From the NCBI GenBank assembly GCA_009379825.1, contig WHTA01000023.1:892-64891 (forward strand): a stretch of DNA of 64,000 nucleotides, read 5' to 3'. The notes beneath the pieces were generated by a model, which saw only the letters and a list, made by a program, of their open reading frames with translations, did no database searches and had not been told where the DNA came from. Below are positions 1 to 12,762 of this stretch, piece by piece; within the stretch, counting starts at the first letter, position 1; each line of letters opens with the position of its first letter. The DNA comes from Streptosporangiales bacterium (GTDB taxonomy: Bacteria; Actinomycetota; Actinomycetes; Streptosporangiales; WHST01). A program made the position numbers and the translations under genes.

Positions 1-1507
1 CGTCCACGCCGACACCGTTCACGCAGTCCTCCACCACGGCGTCGAGCGACCGCGACAGCTTCAGCTCGGAGACGTCGTGCTGGTACTGGCCGACGCCGAT
101 CGACTTCGGCTCGATCTTCACCAGCTCGGCCAGCGGGTCCTGCAGCCGCCGCGCGATCGACACCGCACCGCGCAGCGAGACGTCGAGGTCGGGCAGCTCC
201 CTGGCCGCGTACGCCGACGCCGAGTACACCGACGCGCCCGCCTCCGACACCACGATCTTGTTCAGCCGCTGACCCGGGTTCGCGGCGATCAGCTCGCCGA
301 CGAGCTTGTCGGTCTCCCGCGACGCCGTGCCGTTGCCGATGGCGATCAGGTCCACGCCGTGCGTCTCGACGAGCGCGCGCAGCGCGGCGAGCGACTCGTC
401 CCACCGCTTCGAGGGCACGTGCGGGTAGATAGTGCCGGTGGCGACGACCTTGCCGGTCGCGTCGACGACCGCGACCTTCACGCCGGTGCGGTAGCCGGGG
501 TCCAGCCCCATCGTCACCCGCGCGCCGGCGGGCGCGGCGAGCAGCAGGTCGCGCAGGTTGGCGGCGAACACGTTCACCGCGTCGTCCTCGGCGTGCTGCC
601 GCAGCCGCATCCGGATGTCGCCGCTGAGGTACACCACGATGCGCGTACGCCACGCCCACCTGACGGTGTCGAGCAGCCACCGGTCCGCGGGCCGGCCCTG
701 GTCGGAGATCTCGAACCGCTGCGCGATCCGCCGCTCGTAGCTCGTCTGCACCGAGGCCGGTTGCTGCTCGCCGTCGAGCGCGGGCTCAGGGTCGAGGGTG
801 AGGTCGAGCACCTCCTCCTTCTCACCGCGTAGCAGCGCGAGGATGCGGTGCGAAGGCAGCTTGGTGAACGGCTCGGCGAACTCGAAGTAGTCGGCGAACT
901 TGGCGCCGTCGTCCGCCTTGCCTTCGCGTACCTTCGAGACGAGCAGCCCCTTCTCCCACATCCGCTCGCGCAGCTCGCCGATGAGGTCGGCGTCCTCGCC
1001 GAACCGCTCGACGAGGATGGCCCGCGCACCGTCGAGCGCGGCCGCCGTGTCGGCGACGCCCTTGTCGGCGTCCACGAACGGTGCCGCGGTCGTCTCCGGC
1101 GCGTTGGTCGGGTCGGTCAGCAGCTGGTCGGCGAGCGGCTCCAGACCGGCCTCGCGGGCGATCTGGGCCTTGGTACGACGCTTCGGCTTGTACGGCAGGT
1201 AGATGTCTTCCAGCCTGGCCTTGGTCTCGGCGGCGCGGATGCGCTGTTCCAGCGCCTCGTCGAGCTTGCCCTGCTCCCGGATCGAGTCGAGGATCGCCGT
1301 GCGCCGCTCCTCCAGCTCGCGCAGGTAACGCAGCCGCTCCTCCAGGGTGCGCAGCTGCCCGTCGTCGAGCGCACCGGTGACCTCCTTGCGGTACCGCGCC
1401 ACGAACGGGACGGTGGCGCCGCCGTCGAGCAGCTCGACGGTCGCCTGCACCTGCCAGTCGTGGACGCCGAGCTCCCCGGCGATCCGCTGATGCACAGCCG
1501 TCGTCAC
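1..1507 (-). CDS. tex: Transcription accessory protein Tex, N-terminal ~500 aa (3' end beyond window start)
   Basis: Absent from the ORF track because it runs off the window. Manual reverse translation from GTG at 1507 gives VTTAVHQRIAGELGVHDWQVQATVELLDGGATVPFVARYRKEVTG. Further on: VTMGLDPGYRTGVKVAVVDATGKVV and LIAIGNGTASRETDKLV, the Tex HTH plus YqgF/RuvC-like signatures. GC3-rich codons. Confidence 0.85.
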   Translation of the reverse strand, partial: MTTAVHQRIAGELGVHDWQVQATVELLDGGATVPFVARYRKEVTGALDDGQLRTLEERLRYLRELEERRTAILDSIREQGKLDEALEQRIRAAETKARLEDIYLPYKPKRRTKAQIAREAGLEPLADQLLTDPTNAPETTAAPFVDADKGVADTAAALDGARAILVERFGEDADLIGELRERMWEKGLLVSKVREGKADDGAKFADYFEFAEPFTKLPSHRILALLRGEKEEVLDLTLDPEPALDGEQQPASVQTSYERRIAQRFEISDQGRPADRWLLDTVRWAWRTRIVVYLSGDIRMRLRQHAEDDAVNVFAANLRDLLLAAPAGARVTMGLDPGYRTGVKVAVVDATGKVVATGTIYPHVPSKRWDESLAALRALVETHGVDLIAIGNGTASRETDKLVGELIAANPGQRLNKIVVSEAGASVYSASAYAARELPDLDVSLRGAVSIARRLQDPLAELVKIEPKSIGVGQYQHDVSELKLSRSLDAVVEDCVNGVGVD

Positions 1508-1609
1508 GATCGTGTTCCGTCCTCTCGCTACCTGCGTACGTGATCCCGTGGGAACCGTATCGCCCGGCCGCCCCCGACAACGGCACGGCCGACGATCTGT
1601 GGAAACGCG

Positions 1610-2356
1610 TCAGAGCCGGACGGTGAAGCCGTCGTGGGCGACCTCGTGGTCGACCTGGTCCTGCCGGTCGAGGACGTCTGTGGACAGGTGCGTCACCACC
1701 GTACGGGCAGCGCGCAGCCGGTCCCTGTGCTCGCGCAGCGCGGCGTGCGTGAGGTGGTGCGGGATCGGCTTGTCCAGGTAGTAGCACTCGGCGATCAGCA
1801 GGTCGACGCCGTCGGCCGCGGCCACCAGGGCGTCGGTCCAGGACGTGTCACCGGTGTACGCCACGCTGCGCCCGGCCACGTCGAGCCGCACGGCGAGCGC
1901 GGGCGCACCGCTGGGGTGCGCGACCTCCCAGGCCGCGACGTGCACGCCCGCAGCCGACACGCTCGACCCTGGCGTCACCTCGAGCACGTCCACGTCGAAC
2001 GCGCGCCGTACCTCGCTCGAGCCCGGGTACATGACCTCCATCGCCTGCATGAGGCGTGCGCCCGTGCCCGGCGGGCCGACCACCGTCAGCGGTTCCGTGC
2101 GCTTGGCGAACTGGCCGTCGAGGATGAGGAACGGCAGACCGCCGAAGTGGTCGCCGTGCAGGTGCGAGACGACCACCGCGGCGATCTCGCTCGGGTCGAG
2201 CGCGAGACGCTTCAGCGCGACCAGCGAGCTGGCGCCGCAGTCGAGAAGCACCGGCGGACCGTCAGGCGGTCGCACGTGGATGCACGCCTGGAACCGGCCG
2301 CCGCTGCCGAACGCGTCGCCAGAGCCGGCGAACGTCACCGTCACCTGGTCGGTCAT
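1610..2356 (-). CDS. MBL-fold metallo-hydrolase
   Basis: 248 aa ORF with the HxHxDH metal motif (VVSHLHGDHFGGLP) and a downstream DTSW...H pattern. Confidence 0.85.
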   Translation of the reverse strand: MTDQVTVTFAGSGDAFGSGGRFQACIHVRPPDGPPVLLDCGASSLVALKRLALDPSEIAAVVVSHLHGDHFGGLPFLILDGQFAKRTEPLTVVGPPGTGARLMQAMEVMYPGSSEVRRAFDVDVLEVTPGSSVSAAGVHVAAWEVAHPSGAPALAVRLDVAGRSVAYTGDTSWTDALVAAADGVDLLIAECYYLDKPIPHHLTHAALREHRDRLRAARTVVTHLSTDVLDRQDQVDHEVAHDGFTVRL

Positions 2357-2362
2357 CGGCGG

Positions 2363-4501
<2,139 letters not shown>

Positions 4502-4541
4502 TTACCGACCGGCACCGACATCCCGCCGCGGTTGCCCGAGG

Positions 4542-5585
4542 TCAGCGGTCGGCGAGCGTACGGGCGGCGCGGACGGACAGGGCGGTCGCCGTGCGTGCCC
4601 AGGACGGCGAGGCACCCGCCAGGCCGCAGGTCGGCGTGACCATGGTCCTGGTGGCCAGCTGGTCACGGGTGAGCCCAATCCGCGACCACCACTGCCGTAC
4701 GGGCGCTAGCACGTAATCCACCGCAGGGTCGGTCGCCGGGTCGGTGCTCGGCACACACCCGAGCAACAGCCCGAACCCCGCCTCCACCAGCTCGCCGACC
4801 TCGTCGTCGGCGGCAGCCGACACCTGCGAGACGTCCAGCGCCACAGCGCGCGCGCCGGCGTCGCGCAGCAGGCGCAGCGGCACGCCCGCGGCGCAGCAGT
4901 GCACGAGCGGCCAGCCGCCGGCGGCGTCGGCCGCCCGCAGCACCTGCGACAACGCCTCCTGCATCGGCCGCGGCTCGACCGGCGCGACGGTGCTGAACCC
5001 GCTCATCGTCGGCACGGCGCCGCGCAGCACCGCGGGCAGCGCCGGCTCGTCCAGCTGGACCAGCGGCGACACGCCGGGCAGCCGGCGTAGCTGCGTCACA
5101 TACTCGCCGACGCCCGCCGCGAGCGACTCGGCGACGTCGCGGCAGGCGCCGTGGTCGGTGAGCACCGGACCGCCGCGCGGCAGCTCCAGCTGCGCCGCGA
5201 GCGTCCACGGGCCGCAGACCTGCACCTTCACCGGCCCGGCGTAGCCGTCCGCCGCCTCCTCGAGCGCGTCGAGGTCGGTGGACCACAGCGACCGGGCGCG
5301 CCGCACGTCGACGCCCGCCTTCGAGGTCAACCGCCAGCGCGCGGCGAACACGTCGACGTCCAGCCCGGGGAGCAAGTTCGCGGCAGTGCGCCCGACCAGG
5401 TCGGCGCCCGGCCCGCGGTCGGGCAGCTCGGGCAGGTACGGCACGTCGGTCAGCTCGCCGAGCACGGTCCGCGCCGCCTCGAGCGGGTCGTCACCCGGCC
5501 ACGAGCCGATGCCGGTCGCACTGCCAGGTGGCCACGGAAGTTCCGCCAGGTCGCTCACGCATCGAGCGTATCGAGCCGAGGACAC
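4542..5585 (-). CDS. Cobalamin-independent methionine synthase catalytic-domain family protein (MetE C-terminal-like)
   Basis: 347 aa. Candidate Zn-ligand motifs LVHCCAAG and VTPTCGLAG resemble the MetE H-x-C / CGL sites. Sits next to ligA, as I recall for actinobacteria. Confidence 0.7.
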   Translation of the reverse strand: MSSARYARCVSDLAELPWPPGSATGIGSWPGDDPLEAARTVLGELTDVPYLPELPDRGPGADLVGRTAANLLPGLDVDVFAARWRLTSKAGVDVRRARSLWSTDLDALEEAADGYAGPVKVQVCGPWTLAAQLELPRGGPVLTDHGACRDVAESLAAGVGEYVTQLRRLPGVSPLVQLDEPALPAVLRGAVPTMSGFSTVAPVEPRPMQEALSQVLRAADAAGGWPLVHCCAAGVPLRLLRDAGARAVALDVSQVSAAADDEVGELVEAGFGLLLGCVPSTDPATDPAVDYVLAPVRQWWSRIGLTRDQLATRTMVTPTCGLAGASPSWARTATALSVRAARTLADR

Positions 5586-5620
5586 CGACTACTTGCGCCA
5601 GGCCGTCGTACGCTCGATCG

Positions 5621-7258
5621 GTGAGCACCGTCCAGTGGTGGCATGGGATGACGATCTACCACGTCTACCCACGCTCGTTCGCCGACGGCAACGGCGACGG
5701 GATCGGCGACCTGCGCGGGCTCATCGACCGGCTCGACTATGTCGTCGGGATGGGCTTCGACACGCTCTGGGTGTCACCGTTCTTCGCCAGCCCGCAGCAC
5801 GACTACGGGTACGACATCAGCGACTACTACCGGGTCGCCCCCGAGTACGGCACGCTCGCCGACGCCGACGAGCTCATCGCCGCCTGCCACAGGCGGCAGC
5901 TGCGGATCGTCTTCGACCTGGTGCTCAACCACACCTCCGACCAGCATCCCTGGTTCCGTGAGTCCTGCCGGTCCCGCGACAACCCGAAGGCCGACTGGTA
6001 CATCTGGCGCGACGGCCGCGGCAGGGAAGGCCGGCGGCCGCCGAACAACTGGCGCTCGAACCTGGAGGTGCGGTCCGCCTGGCAGTGGAGCGGCCGGCGC
6101 GGCCAGTGGTACCTGGCGTCGTTCCTGCCCTGGCAGCCCGACCTGAACTGGCACAACCCGCAGGTGCGGCACGCGATGTTCGACGTCGCCAGGTTCTGGC
6201 TGGACCGCGGCGTCGACGGCTTCCGCCTCGACCTGTTCGGCACGGTGATGAAGGACCACGCGTTCCGCGACAACCCGCTCCACCTGGTGAGCGGCGGCGG
6301 CGACATCCCGCACCTGTGGCGACGGGTGCACAACGAGAACACCGAGGACAACTTCGCCCTCGCCCGCGAGCTGCGCACCGCCGTGAACACCGCCGCGCCA
6401 CCGGAACGGGTGCTGCTCGGCGAGGTCTTCGGCACCCCCGACGTCGTCCGGCGCTACCTCGGCGAGCACGACGGCCTGCACCTGGTGTTCCTGTTCGAGT
6501 TCCTGATGTTCGACTACGACGTCGACTTCTTCCGCGACAAGATCGGCACGTACGAGGCCGCCTTCCCCGCGCCCGCCCAACCCACGTACGTGGTGGAGAA
6601 CCACGACCAGTCGCGCAGCCTCAACCGGCTCGGCGGCGACCTGCGCAAGGCGCAGGTGCTCGCGGTGATCCTGCTGACCCTGCGCGGCGTGGTGTGCGTC
6701 TACCAGGGTCAGGAGCTCGGCCTCCCCAACACCTACATCCCGCTACGCGAGGCGCGCGACCCGATCGTGCACGAGTTCTTCTCCTGGGTGCCCGAGGCCG
6801 TCTCGCGCCGGATGCGCAGGCGGATCAACCGCGACGAGATGCGCACGCCGATGCCGTGGGACGACTCCCCCGGCCACGGCTTCTGTCCACCGGGCGTGGT
6901 GCCGTGGCTGCCGATCGGCGACGGCCACGGCCACGGCCGCGACGTCGCCAACGAGCGGGCGGTGCCCGGCTCGCTGCTCAACCTGTACCGCAGGCTGCTG
7001 TGGCTGAGGCGGGAGGCCGACGCGCTGCGCACCGGCGAGCTGCGGCTGTGCCCGAAGGCGCCGCGGAACGTGCTGGCGTACGAACGGTGCGGCGACGACC
7101 AGCGGTACGTCGTGCTCGCGAACCTCGGCCAGAAGCCCGCCCGCGTGCGGCTACCGGCAGCCGCCGACACCGCGTTGACGACGGACGCCGCCGCGACGGT
7201 GGCCGGCCACGAGGCCCGGTTGCCCGCGCACACCGCCGTCGTCGCCCGCTACCGCTGA
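5621..7258 (+). CDS. GH13 alpha-glucosidase / oligo-1,6-glucosidase family
   Basis: ORF 5528..7258 trimmed to the in-frame GTG at 5621, which removes the overlap with the divergent gene. GH13 regions DLVLNHTS, GVDGFRLD, LLGEVF and VVENHDQSR are all present. Confidence 0.85.
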   Translation: MSTVQWWHGMTIYHVYPRSFADGNGDGIGDLRGLIDRLDYVVGMGFDTLWVSPFFASPQHDYGYDISDYYRVAPEYGTLADADELIAACHRRQLRIVFDLVLNHTSDQHPWFRESCRSRDNPKADWYIWRDGRGREGRRPPNNWRSNLEVRSAWQWSGRRGQWYLASFLPWQPDLNWHNPQVRHAMFDVARFWLDRGVDGFRLDLFGTVMKDHAFRDNPLHLVSGGGDIPHLWRRVHNENTEDNFALARELRTAVNTAAPPERVLLGEVFGTPDVVRRYLGEHDGLHLVFLFEFLMFDYDVDFFRDKIGTYEAAFPAPAQPTYVVENHDQSRSLNRLGGDLRKAQVLAVILLTLRGVVCVYQGQELGLPNTYIPLREARDPIVHEFFSWVPEAVSRRMRRRINRDEMRTPMPWDDSPGHGFCPPGVVPWLPIGDGHGHGRDVANERAVPGSLLNLYRRLLWLRREADALRTGELRLCPKAPRNVLAYERCGDDQRYVVLANLGQKPARVRLPAAADTALTTDAAATVAGHEARLPAHTAVVARYR

Positions 7259-7532
7259 GTACCCGGGCGCCCGCGACCGTCACCGCCGTCGCGCCGAGCC
7301 TGATCTCGGTCCTTGCGCTCCGCCGCGTTCCATCTCTCGGTGGCGGCCCGGCCGCTCGGCGCGGCGAGCCGACGAACTTCCTCGCGCACCGCTTCGTTGG
7401 TCGGCTCCAGGTCCGAGATGTCCGGGTTGCTGGTCGTCCGGCATGTAGGGCGCCACCGCGGCGACTGCGACGTAGGTCACGATCGGTTCATGCCGGGCGC
7501 GCTTCGTCGTCGATCCGGTAACGGGTGCCTAG

Positions 7533-7563
7533 CCTCGGTCTCCTCGGAACCCGAGCCGAGGAG
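7533..7563 (+). promoter_or_regulatory. Hairpin able to sequester the RBS of the secreted DPBB/SH3 gene
   Basis: cCTCGGtctcCTCGGaacCCGAGCCGAGgag. CTCCTCGG (7540-7547) pairs with CCGAGGAG (7556-7563), which contains the GAGGAG Shine-Dalgarno 6 nt before ATG 7569. Confidence 0.3.
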
Positions 7564-7568
7564 CCCCG

Positions 7569-8792
7569 ATGCGACGACAACCGACGACGAGGGTGGCTGC
7601 AGGCGCCCTGGCCACGCTCGCCCTGTGCACGCTGACCGCTGCGACCCAGCCGGCGGCCGCCGGCACGTCGACGACGTCCGCGGCAGCGGCGGCCACCGAG
7701 GCGGACCTCACGCCGGCCGCAGGGTCGTCGAAGGTCCGTACGGTCGGCTCCGGCGTCGAGCTGGCCGCGACGAAGCCGGCGGCGAGCGCGGCGAAGCTGC
7801 GCCAGCGCACCGGGTTCGCGGTGCTCGCGCCGCTGCGGCTCGACGACTCGGTGTCCGCGGTCGAGGTGACGTACCGCGCGGTGACGCCGCGGCAGACCAC
7901 CGCCGAGGTCGACGTGCGTACCCGTGCGGACGGTGCGTGGGCGCAGTGGACGCCGGCGGCCGACGGCGAGGTGACCGACCTGCTCGCGCCGAGCCGGGAG
8001 GTGCAGCTGCGGGTCGCGCTGTCCGCGCCGGCCGGAGTGACCAGCCCGCGGGTCAGCAACGTCGAGGTCGCCGAGGCGTCCGCGAGCAAGCACTCGGCCG
8101 AGCGTTCAGGCCCACCTGTCTCGTCGAAGGTCTACGCGACGCGCGAGGGCCTGGCGGGCGGCACCACGGCGAACGGGCACGAGATCGCCGAGCGCGACCA
8201 CTTCGTCGCCCTGCCGTCGCGGCGCGGCCTCTCGGCGAAGGGGTCGGGCGAGTACTCCGTGCAGGCCTGCCGCCACGGTCGCTGCATCTGGGAACCGGTC
8301 TGGGACATCGGGCCGTGGAACACCAAGGACGACTACTGGAACCCGTCGTCGGAACGCGAGATGTGGCGCGACCTGCCGCAGGGCAAGGCGCAGGCCAGGG
8401 CCGCGCACGAGGACGGCTACAACGACGGCAAGGACCAGTACGACCGCGAGGTGTCGAACGCTGCCGGCATCGACATCGCCGACGGCGCGTTCTGGGACGG
8501 CCTGCAGATGTCCGACAACGGCTGGGTGGACGTCGTCTACCAGTGGACGGGCAACGGCACCTACGGCACCGTCGCGCTCGACAGCGGCTACCTGAACGTA
8601 CGCAGCGGCGCGGGCACCAACCACCGCGTCGCAGGGATGGCCGGCGACACCGCGCGGATCCCGCTGAAGTGCCAGGTGACCGGCCAGTCGGTCACCGGCT
8701 CACAGGGCACCTCGACGGTCTGGTACCGCGTGAACGACGGCATGTACGTCGCGAAGGCCTGGATCAAGGGTGCTTCAGTCGAGCCCTGCTGA
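7569..8792 (+). CDS. Secreted protein: N-terminal unknown region + RlpA/3D-like double-psi beta-barrel + C-terminal SH3b
   Basis: 407 aa with a signal peptide (RVAAGALATLALCTLTAATQPAAA). Mid region GGTTANGHEI...FVALPSR...WDIGPWNTKD...AAGIDIADGAFWDGL is DPBB-like. C-terminus GYLNVRSGAGTNHRV...WYRVNDGMYVAKAWI is SH3b-like. GAGGAG lies 6 nt before the ATG. Confidence 0.75.
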   Translation: MRRQPTTRVAAGALATLALCTLTAATQPAAAGTSTTSAAAAATEADLTPAAGSSKVRTVGSGVELAATKPAASAAKLRQRTGFAVLAPLRLDDSVSAVEVTYRAVTPRQTTAEVDVRTRADGAWAQWTPAADGEVTDLLAPSREVQLRVALSAPAGVTSPRVSNVEVAEASASKHSAERSGPPVSSKVYATREGLAGGTTANGHEIAERDHFVALPSRRGLSAKGSGEYSVQACRHGRCIWEPVWDIGPWNTKDDYWNPSSEREMWRDLPQGKAQARAAHEDGYNDGKDQYDREVSNAAGIDIADGAFWDGLQMSDNGWVDVVYQWTGNGTYGTVALDSGYLNVRSGAGTNHRVAGMAGDTARIPLKCQVTGQSVTGSQGTSTVWYRVNDGMYVAKAWIKGASVEPC

Positions 8793-8799
8793 CCGCACC

Positions 8800-9498
8800 T
8801 CAGCTGGTGAGGAGGCGGACGACCGCGGGTACGTCGGACAGGTCAGGGAGCACGGTGTCGGCGCCGAGGGTGGACAGGTGCTCGTAGCTCGACCCACCGG
8901 TGGCCACCAACAGGCAGCGGGCGCCGGACGCGGCCGCGCACTCGAAGTCGAACTCGGTGTCGCCGATCACCCAGGTCTCCTCCGGCCGCCAGCGCCTGCC
9001 GTACGCCCGCGCGGCCCGGTCCAGCACCAGCGGCAGCAGCCGGGGCCGGTCGGCGTGGTCGCTGCCGAACGCGCCGACCGTCACGTCCACGAACTCGTCC
9101 AGGCCGAACGCGCGCAGCTTGACCACTGCGTTCGCCTGGATGTTGCCGGTCAACACGGTCTGTAGTGCGCCGGCCGCCCGTAGCCGGGTGAGGATCTCGC
9201 GTACGCCCGGCAGCACCGCGCCTTCGGCCGCCACCACCGTCTCGCGCTCCGCCAGCACCTGCTCCAGATGGACGAGCACATCGGCGACGTGGTCGTCGTG
9301 CGGCAGCGGGACTCCGGCGGCGGTCAGGATCTCGGCGGCGATCCGCGGGTCGGTCTTGCCGCCGAACCACACCTCGTGCTCGGGCTCGCGGTCGATTACC
9401 CGGGTGATCGCCGCGTTCATGATGTCGCGGCCCGCCGCCCCGGCGTCGATGAGCGTGCGGTCGATGTCCCACACGATCAGTGGGCCGGCGTCGCTCAC
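8800..9498 (-). CDS. HAD-family hydrolase
   Basis: ORF 8800..9966 trimmed to GTG at 9498, a GTGA overlap with the mnmA stop. HAD motif I is [10 protein letters not shown]; motif IV is [12 protein letters not shown]. Confidence 0.8.
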   Translation of the reverse strand: MSDAGPLIVWDIDRTLIDAGAAGRDIMNAAITRVIDREPEHEVWFGGKTDPRIAAEILTAAGVPLPHDDHVADVLVHLEQVLAERETVVAAEGAVLPGVREILTRLRAAGALQTVLTGNIQANAVVKLRAFGLDEFVDVTVGAFGSDHADRPRLLPLVLDRAARAYGRRWRPEETWVIGDTEFDFECAAASGARCLLVATGGSSYEHLSTLGADTVLPDLSDVPAVVRLLTS

Positions 9499-10571
9499 GC
9501 GTCCACTCTGGCTGCCGTACGGTCGATCGTCGCGGAGCCGAGCACGCGGTCGTCGTCGGCGTACAGCACGACGGCCTGCCCGGGCGCGACCCCTTCCGCG
9601 GGGGTACGCAGCCGCACCACCAGCTCGTCGCCGACCGGCTCCGCGACGGCGGGGAACACCGAACCGTGGGCGCGCAGCTGCGCGGCGCACGCCACCGGCT
9701 CGGCAGGCGGCGGCCCTGCCCAGCGCGGCCGGATGCCACGGATCTCGTCCACGAGCAGCGACTCCCGCGGACCCACGGTGACCGTGCGGTCGACCGGGCT
9801 GATGTCGAGCACGTACCGCGGCCGGCCGTCGGGCGCCGGCCGGCCGAGCTTCAGCCCGCGCCGCTGCCCGACGGTGAACGCGTACGCTCCGTCGTGCTCG
9901 CCGACCTGCTCGCCGTGCTCGTCGACCACCTGGCCGGGTGCCGATCCGAGCCGGTCGCCCAGCCACCCGGCGGTGTCGCCGTCGGGGATGAAGCAGATGT
10001 CGTGGCTGTCCGGCTTGTCCGCCACCGCCAGGCCGCGCCGCTGCGCCTCGGCACGTACCTCGGCCTTCTGGGTGTCACCCAGCGGGAACATCGCGTGCGC
10101 CAGCTGCTCGGCGGTCAGCACGCCGAGCACGTACGACTGGTCCTTCCCCGGGTCGACGGCGCGGTACAGCGCGCCGTCGCGCAGCCGCGCGTAGTGGCCG
10201 GTGCAGACGGCGTCGAAGCCGAGCGCCAGCGCCTTGTCGAGCACGCTGCTGAACTTGATCTGCTCGTTGCACCTCAGGCACGGGTTCGGCGTGCGGCCCT
10301 GGGCGTACTCGCTGACGAAGTCCTCGACCACCGCGTCGTGGAACCGTTCCGCCTGGTCCCAGACGTAGAACGGGATGCCGATGACGTCGGCGGCGCGCCG
10401 CGCGTCACGGGAGTCCTCCAGCGTGCAGCAGCCGCGGGCGCCTGACCGGTACGACTGCGGGTTGCGCGACAGCGCGAGATGCACCCCGGTCACGTCGTAG
10501 CCGGCGTCGACCGCACGCGCAGCGGCGACGGCGGAGTCGACTCCGCCGGACATGGCGGCCAGTACACGCAT
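9495..10571 (-). CDS. mnmA: tRNA 2-thiouridine(34) synthase
   Basis: C-terminal 358 aa of fused ORF 9495..11792. Starts [17 protein letters not shown] (PP-loop SGGxDS). Alternative GTG at 10577 overlaps the upstream stop. Confidence 0.9.
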   Translation of the reverse strand: MRVLAAMSGGVDSAVAAARAVDAGYDVTGVHLALSRNPQSYRSGARGCCTLEDSRDARRAADVIGIPFYVWDQAERFHDAVVEDFVSEYAQGRTPNPCLRCNEQIKFSSVLDKALALGFDAVCTGHYARLRDGALYRAVDPGKDQSYVLGVLTAEQLAHAMFPLGDTQKAEVRAEAQRRGLAVADKPDSHDICFIPDGDTAGWLGDRLGSAPGQVVDEHGEQVGEHDGAYAFTVGQRRGLKLGRPAPDGRPRYVLDISPVDRTVTVGPRESLLVDEIRGIRPRWAGPPPAEPVACAAQLRAHGSVFPAVAEPVGDELVVRLRTPAEGVAPGQAVVLYADDDRVLGSATIDRTAARVDA

Positions 10572-10573
10572 GC

Positions 10574-11776
10574 TCACGGGTCCAATGTACGGGCCGGACG
10601 CGACGTGGCGCCGGCCCGCCTGGCCCGTTCGATCACGCCGCTCAGCACGTCGCCGAGCTTCGTCACGTCCGCGAGCGTGGACGTGTGGCCGAGGGAGAAC
10701 CGCAACGACCCGCGTGCGCGGTCCTCGTCTGCGCCCATCGCGAGCAGTACGTGCGACGGCTCGGCGACGCCCGCCGAGCACGCGGAGCCGGTGGAGCACG
10801 CGACGCCGCTGGCGTCCAGCAGCAACAGCAGCGAGTCGCCCTCGCAGCCGGGGAAGGAGAAGTGCGCGTTGCCCGGCAGCCGGCCGGCGGGGTCGGGGTC
10901 GCCGTTGAGCACGGCGTCCGGCACCGCGGCCCGCACCCTGCGGACGAGCTCGTCGCGCAGCTCGGCCAACCGGACGGCCTCGGCAGCGCGGTGTTCGACG
11001 ACCTCGGCGGCGGCCGCGGCGAACCCGACGTAGCCCGCGGCGTCCAACGTGCCCGACCGTACGTCGCGCTCCTGGCCGCCGCCGTGCAGCACCGGGGTCA
11101 CCTCGATGTCGCGGCGCAGCGCCAGCGCACCCACTCCGACGGGGCCGCCCATCTTGTGCCCGCTGACGGTCATCGCGTCCAGCCCGCTTGCGGCGAAGTC
11201 GACCGGCAGCTGGCCGACCGCCTGCACCGCGTCGGAGTGCACCGGCACGCCGTGCTCGTGCGCCGCCGTGACCACGTCCGCGACCGGCTGCGCGGTGCCG
11301 ACCTCGTTGTTCGCCCACATCACGGAGACCAGCGTGACCGACTCCGGGTCGCGCGCGAGGCTGGCACGCAGGGCGTCGACGCGTACGCGGCCGAGCTGGT
11401 CCAGCGGCACCAGCTCGACGACCGCGTCCTGCTGCTCGGCGAGCCAGGTCACGGCGTCGAGCACCGCGTGGTGCTCGCCCGCGCTGACCAGGACCCGCCG
11501 CCTGCGGTCGTCCGCCGCCCGGCGCGACCAGTACATGCCCTTCACCGCGAGGTTGTCCGCCTCGGTGCCGCCGGAGGTGAAGACGACCTCGCTGGGGCGC
11601 GCGCCGAGCACGCCAGCGAGCTTCTCCCTGGCCTCCTCGACCGTCCGCCGCGCCGTACGCCCGGGCGTGTGCAGGGACGACGGGTTGCCGAGCCGCTCCA
11701 GCTCGGCCGTCATCGCAGCGACGGCCGAGGGCAGCATCGGCGTGGTCGCCGCGTGATCGAGATAAGCCACCATCAC
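10574..11776 (-). CDS. Cysteine desulfurase (NifS/IscS class V aminotransferase)
   Basis: 400 aa: [10 protein letters not shown]-terminus, PLP region SGHKMGGP, catalytic-Cys loop STGSACSAG. Lies directly upstream of mnmA. Confidence 0.9.
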   Translation of the reverse strand: MMVAYLDHAATTPMLPSAVAAMTAELERLGNPSSLHTPGRTARRTVEEAREKLAGVLGARPSEVVFTSGGTEADNLAVKGMYWSRRAADDRRRRVLVSAGEHHAVLDAVTWLAEQQDAVVELVPLDQLGRVRVDALRASLARDPESVTLVSVMWANNEVGTAQPVADVVTAAHEHGVPVHSDAVQAVGQLPVDFAASGLDAMTVSGHKMGGPVGVGALALRRDIEVTPVLHGGGQERDVRSGTLDAAGYVGFAAAAAEVVEHRAAEAVRLAELRDELVRRVRAAVPDAVLNGDPDPAGRLPGNAHFSFPGCEGDSLLLLLDASGVACSTGSACSAGVAEPSHVLLAMGADEDRARGSLRFSLGHTSTLADVTKLGDVLSGVIERARRAGATSRPARTLDP

Positions 11777-11801
11777 CGCACAGCCTAGCCACCCGAAGTG
11801 G

Positions 11802-12752
11802 TCAGGCCTTGCGCTTCTTGACCTCCTCGGTCAGCTGCGGGACGACGGTGTGCAGGTCGCCGACGACGCCGAAGTCCGCCAGCTCGAACAGCGGTGCCTC
11901 CGGGTCCTTGTTGACCACGACGATCGTCTTGGACGTCTGCATGCCGGCCCGGTGCTGGATCGCGCCGGAGATGCCCGCCGCCAGGTACAGCTGCGGCGAC
12001 ACGGTCTTGCCGGTCTGCCCCACCTGGTACTGGTGCGGGTACCAGCCGGCGTCGGTCGCCGCACGCGACGCGCCCACGGCACCGCCGAGCGCGTCCGCCA
12101 GCGCCTCGACGACCGGGAAGTTCCCCTCGCCGACGCCGCGGCCGCCGGAGACGACGATCCCCGCCTCGGTCAGGTCCGGGCGCTCGCCCTTCTCGACCTC
12201 CACCCGGTCGGTGATCTTCGCGGCCTTGTCCGCCTCGCCGAGCTCGACGGTCACCTGCTGCTGTGCCGCGTCGGCAGGCGCCGCCTCGGGCGCGGTCGAG
12301 TTCGGCCGCACGGTCACCACGGGGATGCCCGCACGCACCCGCGACTGCACGATGGTCGCGCCGCCGAAGACCGACTGTTCGCAGACGAAGCCGTCCTTGA
12401 CGTCGACCGCGTCGGTGATCACGCCGCCGCCAACGCGCACCGCGAGCCGGCCGGCGATCTCCTTGCCATCCGCGCTGGACGGCAGCAGCACCCCGGCCGG
12501 TTGGTTGTCCGCGACCAGCGACGCCAGCACGGCGACCTTCGGCGCCACCACGTAGTCGGTGAGCTCGGCGCCGTCGGCCACGTAGACCTTCGCGGCGCCG
12601 TACTCGCCGAGGGTGGCCGCGGCCGTGTCGATGCCCCGGCCGACGAACACCGCCGACGGCTCACCCAGCCGGCGGGCCAGCGTGAGCAGCTCGAGGGTGA
12701 CCTTCTTGACCGCACCATCGGTGTGGTCGACAAGTACGAGAACTTCGCTCAT
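11802..12752 (-). CDS. etfA: Electron transfer flavoprotein alpha subunit
   Basis: ORF 11802..12809 trimmed to ATG at 12752 ([10 protein letters not shown]). FAD-binding C-terminus [31 protein letters not shown]. Confidence 0.9.
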   Translation of the reverse strand: MSEVLVLVDHTDGAVKKVTLELLTLARRLGEPSAVFVGRGIDTAAATLGEYGAAKVYVADGAELTDYVVAPKVAVLASLVADNQPAGVLLPSSADGKEIAGRLAVRVGGGVITDAVDVKDGFVCEQSVFGGATIVQSRVRAGIPVVTVRPNSTAPEAAPADAAQQQVTVELGEADKAAKITDRVEVEKGERPDLTEAGIVVSGGRGVGEGNFPVVEALADALGGAVGASRAATDAGWYPHQYQVGQTGKTVSPQLYLAAGISGAIQHRAGMQTSKTIVVVNKDPEAPLFELADFGVVGDLHTVVPQLTEEVKKRKA

Positions 12753-12762
12753 CTGCTCTGCC

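Noticed and set aside
5586-5620. SAM or B12 riboswitch in front of the MetE-like gene
   Set aside because: Only ~35 bp separate it from the divergent GH13 gene, far too short for such elements.
7280-7480. 66-aa minus-strand ORF, and a ~45-aa alternative frame (VREEVRRLAAPSGRAATERWNAAERKDRDQ...), in the long 7259-7568 spacer
   Set aside because: No recognisable family, no convincing RBS, and composition typical of random GC-rich frames. It may be a remnant, but this is not supportable as a gene.
7259-7568. c-di-AMP (ydaO-type) or other riboswitch upstream of the secreted DPBB/SH3 gene
   Set aside because: I could not find the conserved ydaO blocks (GGGGACCCA-like and GGGGUGAAUC-like elements, pseudo-two-fold layout). 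Only a GAACCCG fragment and a local hairpin are present. An Infernal/Rfam scan is needed before any riboswitch call.
9495-11792. Apparent giant fusion proteins (also 16663..18618, 17733..19550, 25259..26494, 25885..27597, 42365..44251, 53446..55320, 54948..57503, 57510..59648)
   Set aside because: The N-terminal parts are the out-of-frame read-through of the upstream gene; no stop happens to occur. Conserved N-termini, RBS motifs and ATGA/GTGA overlaps define the real internal starts.
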